Part shown: positions 54,423 through 64,000 of the stretch, piece by piece | Layout of the letters: each line of letters starts with the position of its first letter | Numbering within the stretch: position 1 is the first letter of the stretch | NCBI RefSeq assembly: GCF_006345805.1 | Contig: NC_042999.1 | Location: forward strand, 9,114,001-9,178,000 | Reading direction: 5' to 3' | DNA: 64,000 nt | From: Octopus sinensis | Taxonomy: Eukaryota | The notes under the pieces: generated by a model | The model's database searches: none | What the model saw: the letters and a program-made list of their open reading frames with translations, nothing else | What the model was told of the DNA's origin: nothing | Program-made: the position numbers and the translations under genes

Positions 54423-54840
54423 AAGGCGGCGAGCTGGCAGAATCGTTAGCACGCCGGGCGAAATGCGTAGCCGTATTTCGTCTGCCGTTACGTTCTGAGT
54501 TCAAAATTCCACCGAGGTTGACTTTGCCTTTCATCCTTTCGGATTCGATAAATTAAGTACCAGTTACGCCCTGGGGTCGATGTAATCGACTTAATCCGTT
54601 TGTCTGTCCTTGTTTGTCCCCTCTGTGTTTAGCCCCGTGTGGGTAGTAAAGAAATAGGTATTTCGTCTGCCATTACGTTGTGAGTTCAAATTCTGCCGAG
54701 GTCGACTTTGCCTTTCATCCTTTCGGGGTCGATTAAATAAGTACCAGTTACGCACTGTGGTTGATATAATCGACTTAATCCGTTTGTCTGTCCTTGTTTG
54801 TCCCCTCAGTGTTTAGCCCCTTGTGGGCAGTAAATAAATA
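54423..54840 (+). mobile_element. SINE family C dimer
   Basis: Two units within TSD tatatttacgca. Confidence 0.85.
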
Positions 54841-55666
54841 TATATATTTACGCATATTAAAATTATAGATGTGCGTGTATCTATAGGTACTTAGACACAC
54901 AAATGAGCATATATATAGGAATCGTAAAGTTTAGATTCTAGTGAATTATACATGGTAAAATTACTTGCCGTTGTTGATCTCAACAAATATAGAGAGAATG
55001 TAAACGTATCGAATGTTGTTCGTAGGATATATTATTTCTATCACCGTTTAATGTTATTGGATCTGTATTAAGTTTAAGTATAGAATTTGAGTGGAAGAAG
55101 GGTTAGTTAAAGAAAATTTCAAAGAAATTGGTGAGTAAAGTATTCTCTAAGGAAAATATTCTATGTAAAAGAGATTGTTAGTCTTAGGACAATAAATAAT
55201 TAAAGTTTAAAATTTGTTACAATATGGTTGAGATGACCTCGGGTAAAAAAAAATATCTTAAATAAAGATTAATTAGAAATAAATAAGAAATGAGAATAAA
55301 ATAAGAATGATATTAACATAGATAACACAAGAAAAATTACATTCAAATAAATTAAATGGTAATAGAACATTCATTAAATAATTGAAGCTAATTACAGTTT
55401 TTTTAATTAATTGAATAATCTAATTGTAGAGTTTTAGGATTTAAAAAATGCGTACAGCTGTCGTTTTTGACGTAGAATTGTTTGAAAGAAATGTTTAAAA
55501 AACCACAAAAAAAAGAACAGAAAAGGAAAAAAAGAAGAAGAAAATACTGCATGTGATTGCGATGGATACATGAATGCAATTCGAGTCCAAGAATGGAATT
55601 TGGTATGAACCACAGTGAGAACAATGATGATTTTGATTTTTGTTTTGGATTGGAAAATGTGTCTGT

Positions 55667-56020
55667 TGAAATTTGGGGGAAGGGGAAATTCGATGACATC
55701 GACCCCAGTGTTTCACTGGTATTTAATTTATCGACCCTGGATGAAAGGCAAAGTCGACCTCTGCGGTATTTGAACTTAGAAAGTAATTACAGACGAAATA
55801 CCCACAAGGGGTTACACACAGAGGGGACAAACAGGGACTGACAAACGGATTAAGTCGATTACATGGACCCCAGTCCGTAACTGGTACTTATTTCATCGAC
55901 CCCGAAAGGATGGAAGGCAAAGTCGACCTCGGCAGAATTTGAACTCAGAACGTAACGGCAGACAAAATACGGCTACGCATTTCGCCCGGCGTGCTAACGG
56001 TTCTGCCATCTCACCGCCTT
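55667..56020 (-). mobile_element. SINE family C dimer
   Basis: Reverse-complement head, core, tail A, core, partial tail B. Confidence 0.8.
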
Positions 56021-56059
56021 AATAGTTTGGGGTAAGATATGGAGTAAGCAAGAACAACA

Positions 56060-58387
56060 CAATTCTGAAGGTGAACGGCTCTGTAGCCTGAAGCAAACAG
56101 CTTCTTATGCCCAGACAAGTGCTAGCTATTTTACCGAAGACAGTATCTGAAATATGAGTGGAAGATGCGCAACTGGAAAGCAGTAGCACCTGATGATGTA
56201 CAAGGATTTTGGCCAAAAAAAAGTGTTCAGTAGGCGCCATAAATTGGTTGCAGAGCAATTTAATGCATTGATCTATGGAGAAGAAGAATTCTCGGAGAGG
56301 TTGACCAAAGGTCGAAGAGTGTTGTGCTTAAAGTATGCATGGAATGGAAATGCTGTCGATAATTACAGGCCAATTTCTTGCCTTCCATTATTGTGGATGT
56401 GACTGTTAAGAAAGATTGCAGAAGAAATGTACAAATTTTTTGATAATAGCGACAAAGGGGATGCAGGAGATACAGGGGTACCAAACACCAATTATTGACA
56501 GAGAAAATGGTAATTCAAGATTGTAAGTGAAGGCGGACAAACTAGGGAATTGCCTTGAGTGACAACTGCAAAGCTTCAGATATGATTCCACATTTGTAAA
56601 CCAACAAATGCTTAGAACTGTTTTGAATTGCAAGGAATGTAACATGTTTTCTGAAGAGAAGGATGGTAGGGTGGAAAACTGAATTGATATCCTACAGCAA
56701 CATGGGTATCAGAAGAGGGATGGATTTTCCACGGCGAGAGCTTATTTCCATTGATTTTTTTGTTCTTTGCATGGTCCCTCCAACTTTGGTGTTGAGGAAA
56801 AGGAACCTGAGATATCAGTTAAAGGGAAAATCTCAAAGACACAACCATTTCCTCTTCATTGATGATTTGAAGCTGTAAGTCAAGGATGAGGCACAAGTGA
56901 GTTCTTTGGTGAACACGGTTCACTGGTTTGGTGCTGATATGAAGATGGAATTCGGCCTCAAGAAGTGTGCTATAAGGAACCTGAAAAGAGGCAAGGCACT
57001 GTCTCTGGCAGGGATATAATTATCTAACAGAGAAGCGATTAAACAAGTGGAAAAAGAAGGCTATAAACATCTTGGTATACTAGAGTTCAAAGAAATTTTG
57101 GAGAAGAAAATGAAAGAAGAGATGAAGCAAATATTTCCCATGACTGAGATTGGTGTTGCGCTCAAAATTGACTGGATGGAATAAAATTCAAGCAATAAGT
57201 TCATGGACGATAGCATCACTTCGGAAAGGAGCTGGAATCATAAAATGGTAAAAGAAAGAACTGAAGAGCATGACTACAAAGACACGGAAAATATTGACAC
57301 TGCATGGAGCATTGCAACCAAAGAGTGACACTGATAGATTGTACTTGTCCAGAAGAAAGTGTGGGAGAGATTTGCTCAGTTGCCAGAATTATGTGGAAGC
57401 AGAGGGAAACAGCTTAGAGTGGTATGTAAATAATACAGTGGAACCATTGTTGAAACATGTTAAGAAGTCCGGTAACATCAAAATTGAGAATTGTATAAAG
57501 AAAAACTTAAAGAGGAAAGGAACATGAAAAAGAAATATCATAGAAGGAAAAAATGTTCGCTCAGTTTGCAAGAGATACGAGTGCCAAGATTGATGAGGAA
57601 GATCAGTAGTTATGGATGCAGAGGAGTGACCCGAAGATAGAAGCAAAAGCACAGCTATGCAGTGCACAAGAACAAGCGTTAAGGGCAAACTACATGAAGC
57701 GCAGAATTGACAATACAACTGAGAGAGAGAAATGCAGAATATGTGGTGAGAGGAGTAAAACGGCATGGCACATTGTTAGCGAATGCTCGAAATTGACATA
57801 ACACAATTACAAAAGACAACATGTAGCAAGAATGATCCATTGGCAACTTTGTGGAAATTATGGCCTACAAAGATCAATGACGTAGTATGACCAAATCTTT
57901 GAAGGAGTTCCTGAGAATGAAAACTACAAAATTCTGTTGGATGCAATGATTCAGTGTGGCCATGAGATCAGACATCTGGAACCGGACATTGTTGTGGTGA
58001 ACGGAAAAGGAAAAAAAAGACATGGCTGATAATCGACATAGCATGTCCCGGTGATAACAGAATCAAAGAGAAAAAGAAGAAAAACTAAACAACTATAACA
58101 ATTTGAAGTGGGAAATAGGAAAGGATGTGTGCAAGGAAGAGGGTGGACGTGATACCCGTAGAAATTGGTACGCTTGGAAATATCAGCTCTCAACTACAAG
58201 CACGGTTCAAACAGATTGGTACAAAAGTTAAAGATAGAACACCTACAAAAATTATAATTGCTTGGAACTGCAAGAGTTCTTCACAGGGATCTTGAAGAAG
58301 GAATAGTAAACCATAGAAGAAGAAGAAGAAGAAGAAGAAGAAGAAGAAGAAGAAGAAGAAGAAGAAGAAGAAGAAGAAGAAGAAGAA
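56060..58387 (+). mobile_element. Degraded R4/Dong-clade non-LTR retrotransposon (RT + CCHC + RLE) followed by (AGA)n
   Basis: Frameshifted motifs in order: WKA..PDDVQGFW, NYRPISCLP, HFLFIDDLKL, FGLKKC, YKHLG, LHGALQPKSDTDRLYLSR..GR, AQEQAL, CRICG..HIVSEC, PDIVVV, IIDIACP, LLGTARVL. Confidence 0.88.
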
Positions 58388-58580
58388 ATTCTAGTTGGTC
58401 CCCTCCTGCAAGGTCATGCACTGTTTATCTTCTTGATACGAAATCACGATGTCGCACACATATGGCTGTGATGCATGTGCCTGGTGTACCCTTATGAGAC
58501 GGGTAATCATGATGGATATATTGCGCTTCGTATATTTGTACCCCAGTGTCACTTTGATGGCATGCGTTGTCCTCTCACTC
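58388..58580 (+). mobile_element. Family D 3' fragment
   Basis: Matches 35073-35262. Confidence 0.75.
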
Positions 58581-59668
58581 AAAAAGTGAATGCGGAATCC
58601 AGGATTATGATACTCTAAAGGTGAGTAGAATCAAAGAATTAAAAGCCACAGATCTCAGTATAGACTACCGATTGTGCCTCCCAAAAATTAAAAATGATAA
58701 TAAGATTGCATTTATAATAAATAGCATGAACCTGGCTGTCAGAAAACTAATAGCCACTGAAACAAATGTCAGTATGACCAGGTTAAATTATATAACATAT
58801 GCAGCAGCCTCTGTCGTCACAAAAGAAACTGGATACCCCCTTCAGACCCACCCAAACAAGAGTGCCACCACCCAAACAAGAGTGCCACCACCCAAACAAG
58901 AGTGCCACCACCCAAAGAAACTGTGGATAAATAATATCCAGAAAAAAAAGAAAAGAAAAGAAAGGATCTATCAACCCTTAATGAAATTATTATTAGGCAG
59001 AAAACACTACTAAGCAAAAAGAAGACAAAAAATATACGCCAAAGCACAAAGAATATGCAGCAGGTAGGAGAAACGCCAACGATTCTTTGAACAAAAGAAA
59101 CAGTTCAACCCCAATCCAAAAATATTATACTTGTCGAAAATGAAATAGAGACCAATGCAATGCTAACAGGAGAAGTGGAAAATTTTTGGAACGAGTTTGG
59201 TCGGTGAAGGAACAACTTCAGAACAGTTCTATCGAAATAACAAACATAACACCTGAACAACTCTGGACTCCTACAGCAACAGAAGTCACCCAGGCACTGC
59301 AAGAACTTAGTAACTGAAGGCACCCAGGCATGACACAATCCCCAATTTCTGGGTAAAATATTTAACAGGAATACCTAAGACGCTGACTAAGAAATTCAAT
59401 GAGATACTATCAGAGCCAGACATAACGCCTGGAGGGTTCACAGAAGGGAAAACTATCCTAATTCTCAAATCCACAGAAACAGCAAACCCACAAAACTACA
59501 GACCCATAACTTGTCTTCCTACAATTTACGAAGTCGTAACTGTTATAATATCGCAAGGAATGGGCAAACAACTGGAAGACCTGTTTCCAGAAGAGCAGCA
59601 GGGATGCTGAAAGCGCTCATACAGATGCACAGATCAGTTAATCATCAATAAAGTCATAACTAAAGACA
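58581..59668 (+). mobile_element. N-terminal/RT-start fragment of a second R4/Dong-type element
   Basis: LNYITYAAA, P...W, IPNFWVKYL, GKTILI.K, NYRPITCLPTIY, FPEEQQGC, DQLIINK, with frameshifts. Confidence 0.75.
58848..58916. repeat. 20-bp tandem repeat, ~3.4 copies
   Basis: Unit ccacccaaacaagagtgcca. Confidence 0.95.
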
Positions 59669-60933
59669 TCCTTTCTGCTATAGGCACATGGGGAGGGTAT
59701 TGCCCGATTGCAGTGACCCGAATCTTCAAGTTGTAGTTATTTTATCGACCCCAAAATCTTGCGCAGTATTGAAATCACTTTATAACGACATCAGCTATAA
59801 AACCAGAAGAACAACGGAGTCTGAGACGACTAGGGACCAACTGCACCTCCGATTATTTTGCATAAGAATTTAGAAGGAAGGTCTGAAAGAGAACTCGAAG
59901 TTCTTGTCTCATACATAAAACATCCGGGACCTTAAAAGTCTGCAAGATCTTCTTAAGTTTTAAAGTACGATGGTTAAAACATGATGCGTTCCTTCACAAC
60001 CTTCAACCAAGTACGTGGGCGGTCGAAATTTACTCTCAATTAATAAAAAGAAAGCGTATATATTTACACACAAACACACCCACACACACATACTTACATA
60101 CACTCATACATACATACACACATACATACATACATGCACACATACATACATACATACATACATACATACATACATACATACATACATACATACATACATA
60201 CATACATACATACATACATTCATATGTATGTATTCGTAATTTGAGCGTGAGTGTATGTACATATTTAAAGAGATATAAACACACTTATTTGCTGATATAT
60301 TTCTCATTCTAACATTTCTAATGTAAGTATTTAATTCGTGCAACATAGAATACCTCCGAGCCATGTTCAACTAATAAGTAGTTGAGAAGATGCCCATATT
60401 TTCTCTCTAATATATTTATTTATTGGCCAATAAAAATATCAGAATAAACTCATAAAGAAATTACCCCCAGGTCACATATTTTATGTATTCTATGTTGCCT
60501 CCTATTAACAACACAGCAGCAAACTTACAACGTCTTAAATTATAGCTGGGTTTTATTTTTTATAAAATCTCTCTAATTTTGGTGAAAAAGATTTAACGAT
60601 AATTCCCAAAATTTAACAATTCAAATTTCATCTATTTATGGTGATAATATATATATATACATATTTATATATATGTTACGATGGACATTTTTCTGTTTGT
60701 TGTGTTGGTTCCAGGTGCATTTTGAGTTTTATATACTTAAACATAAATTGAAGAATAAGTATTTCAAAGAAACAACTTCAAATTAGGAAATGCCCTCAGG
60801 TATCAACAGAGATTGGATTCCAGTCGTTGTTTTACAAGAGAGATTCTGGTTTTGATTAATATTTTTTTCTATTCCAACTAATGCAGAAAAATTTATGATG
60901 CAAAAATAAATGTTCATATTGTGTGTGTATATG

Positions 60934-60978
<45 letters not shown>

Positions 60979-60979
<1 letters not shown>

Positions 60980-61180
60980 TGGTAGATCGTTAGCCACTAA
61001 ACACATTTATTTCTCTCCTTGTTTCTCTACCTGTTTTTTTCTGTGTCCCTTTCTGTAGAAAAGCGTAGGCTCGAAACGTAAAAGACTTTTTCTATTCCTG
61101 AGCGTTATATTAATACATCTGTTTGTTTTATACATCACCTTTATACGTCTTTTGTTTTTTTTTCATAAACTCTCCCTATA
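60979..61180 (+). mobile_element. Hammerhead-bearing repeat family H1 inside a (TA)n tract
   Basis: cttt-CTGTAGA-a-aagcgtaggctc-GAAACGTA-aaag, with TA repeats on both sides. Confidence 0.7.
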
Positions 61181-61187
61181 TATATAC

Positions 61188-61233
<46 letters not shown>

Positions 61234-61768
61234 CCATGCATGTACACATCTAAAAAGTTACATATATGCGTGTGGAGTCGCGTTGCATATGGGTGAGGGT
61301 GCTGTACGCACGATCGCATGATGGTGGTTCCGATTCCCCAACCAGCGCTGCATTTTGTTCATGAGGAAATCGCTTCATTTTACGTTGCTGTAAAATAGGT
61401 GACCCTGCGGAGAACAGGCGCCGTCCACAGTAGGAATGGTGGCCTGCCTGCGTCGCCAACGCGTGACGTCATTCAGATCTCTAACAAAGCGGGCAAGCGT
61501 ATTGCGACCTACGGTTTACGACCACATCTGATACTCTGATCGATGCACTAATACCACTATATGCATGTGTGTATGTGTTTGCATGTTTGTGTGTCTGTGT
61601 TTGTGTGTGTGTATGTATTTCTGTGTGTGCGTGTGTTTCTTTGTGTGTGTGCTTCTGTGTTTGTTTGTGTGTGTCTGCGTGTGTGCGTGTACGTTTGTGT
61701 GTGTGTGTGTCTCGGTATATATGTAATACTAAAAGTAGCCCTCATTGGTCGGGGAAAATATTATTAAA

Positions 61769-62170
61769 GGCAGGAGTGGTTGTGTGGTAAGTATCTTGCT
61801 AACCAACCACATGGTTCCGGGTTCAGTCCCACTGCGAGGCACCTTGGGCAAGTGTCTTCTACTATAGCCTCGGGCCGACCAATGCCTTGTGAGTGGATTT
61901 GGTAGACGGAAACTGAAAGAAGCCTGTTGTGTGTGTGTGTGTCTGTGTGTCTGTGTGTGTGTGTTTGTGTTTGTGTGTCAGCGTTTGTCCCACAACATCG
62001 CTTGACAACCGATGCTGGTGTGTTTACGTCTCCGTCACCTAGCGGTTCGGCAAAAGACACCGATAGTATAAGTACTAGGCTTACAAAGAGTAAGTCTTTG
62101 GGTCGATTTGCTCGACTAAAGGCGGTGCTCCAGCATGGCCCCAGTCAAATGACTGAAACAAGTAAACGAG
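61769..62170 (+). mobile_element. SINE family A
   Basis: Full copy. Confidence 0.85.
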
Positions 62171-62528
62171 TAAAAAGTGTAAAGAGCACCGTTCCCTTTA
62201 TAATCAGTTGCTTTTCTCCAAAATACATTTTCACATAGAAATCGTTTCAAAAAGCATTTCGAAACCAATGTAATTCAATCAAATTGCTTCAAAATACACA
62301 ATGAGATATCCTGTAATATTATATCATATACAGAATACATTACTGCACTCAACTCCTTTGATTAATACATTCGAATCGTATCAAGATGCATTATTAAATT
62401 CTTCAAAGTACATTATTGCATAAATATATAATTTAATATTCCAATGTAGATAATTACACACCAGTTTCACTTCTAGTAGGTGATAATTATTGCAATGCCT
62501 GTACGTAATGGCTAGCGATTAGACGTCA

Positions 62529-62958
62529 TCTCTCTATATATAAATGGCAGTTTGTCTGTCTGTGTGTCTGTGTGGCTGTCAGGTTGTACCCTCACCCTGA
62601 CCACGGCTTTCAACCGATTCTGATGAAACTTGACACACACATAGCCCAATGTCATAATTCAAAACTAACGCAGCGAAAATTTTGAAAAGTTCCCCCAGTT
62701 CTGAAAATACTCGATAAATTCGACATGAGGTCGAGAATCTAAGCTTTTTATATGCAACACATTTTCTGTTGTAGTTTTCGCAACTTGCAATCGGGAGACA
62801 GCTAGGAACATCGTATACATAGAAGTATTCGAGTGAAGAGAAGACATTGCAACCTACACATGCGCCTTCGTTCCCTAGAGAGGAAGAACTAGATTGGGAT
62901 TAGTCGTTGCCTACTAGGAGCTCTTACATACCCGGGCAACGCCGGGCTATGCTGCTAG
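62529..62958 (+). mobile_element. Non-autonomous Helitron
   Basis: Inserted between A and T. 5' TC(tctctatatataa), (GTCT)n near the 5' end, 3' hairpin cccgggcaacgccggg, terminal CTAG. Confidence 0.8.
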
Positions 62959-63341
62959 TTTAATATATATAGTACATCGACTGGAAGTAGCCTCGTCATA
63001 GACTAACTAGGTAATAAGCGAGGTAATATCATATACGTTAGTAGACCACAATTAGAATGTGGCAATGTACCTTGAAATACATAATCTCAAAATAATTTGA
63101 TTGCAATAATGTATTTTGGGATGACGCTTTCAATGCGATAATCTGATTTTGAATGTGTATTATTGTATTTTGAAACGATTTCATTGTAATAACTTACTTT
63201 TAACTTAATCAACTGCAATATGAAAGAAATAGTACACTTTTTTCTTTTTAATATTATTTTTTTCACACACACACTCGCTCCATCCCCACACACATGCATA
63301 CAAATATGCATACAAATATGCGTACGAAAATAGACACACAG

Positions 63342-63389
<48 letters not shown>

Positions 63390-63587
63390 CCGCGTGTGTA
63401 TCGTTGGCGATTTTTTTCCTCCGCCTTCCTTTCCTTGGACCTTTCCTTTTTCTATGTTTCTGACGAAGAGCTCCGCTCAAAACGTTAAATCCTCCTTCTT
63501 TCCTTTCTTTCCTGAGCGTCCAATAACACTATACTTATTCGACGTCCTCACGTTGTTGTGTTTTCTCTTTGTGTTTTCATGTTGGAT

Positions 63588-63592
<5 letters not shown>
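63390..63592 (+). mobile_element. Hammerhead-bearing repeat family H2 ending in (TA)n
   Basis: ttt-CTGACGA-a-gagc tcc gctc-AAAA-cg-TT-aaa at 63457-63489 (G12 mutated). Related to 13520-13750 and 14178-14235(-). Confidence 0.65.
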
Positions 63593-63646
<54 letters not shown>

Positions 63647-64000
63647 TATATATATATATATATTATATATATATATATGTATGTATGTATGTATGGATGT
63701 ATGTATGTATGTATGTATGTATGTATGTATGGATGGATGGATGGATGGAATATAGTCAGATATCATGACATCAATTTTTTATTAGTTAACTAAAATGAAA
63801 TCAATAATTCGATTATAGACAAAGTCAGTGTGTCACGTAAAAGAGAATTAAATGAGATGTTTTAGAAATGTTTGTCTCTTTGTCATTGTCACGTAGGGCA
63901 GTTGAGCTTTCATTGACTGCTTCTATAAAATGTCACAGTGATTGGCTGAAGTGTCGATGGTAAACGTTTTGTGACTTCTCTGTGCAAAGCCAAGACAGAA

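Overview
AT-rich eukaryotic genomic DNA, dense in microsatellites and retroposons. The SINE families look like those of a coleoid cephalopod, probably Octopus (inference). The only host protein-coding signal is a + strand globin gene (globin X-like/neuroglobin-like). Two of its exons are visible, 8417-8648 (helices B-G) and 40695-40835 (helices G-H plus stop), joined across a ~32 kb intron. The introns sit at the canonical B12.2 and G7.0 positions, and the first exon(s) probably lie upstream of the window. The rest is mobile DNA: several tRNA-headed SINE families (many with TSDs), R4/Dong-type and CR1-type LINE remnants, a FLYWCH MULE relic, MITEs and a Helitron. The most unusual signal is a set of at least four short non-coding repeat families carrying minimal type-I hammerhead ribozyme motifs (Penelope pLTR/retrozyme-like). 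One of these is a ~250-bp palindrome in the globin intron with a hammerhead on each strand, and another family carries a shared CUGU(A/U)GA core variant. Almost all ORFs in the supplied track are microsatellite or SINE artefacts. All alignments and folds were done by eye.
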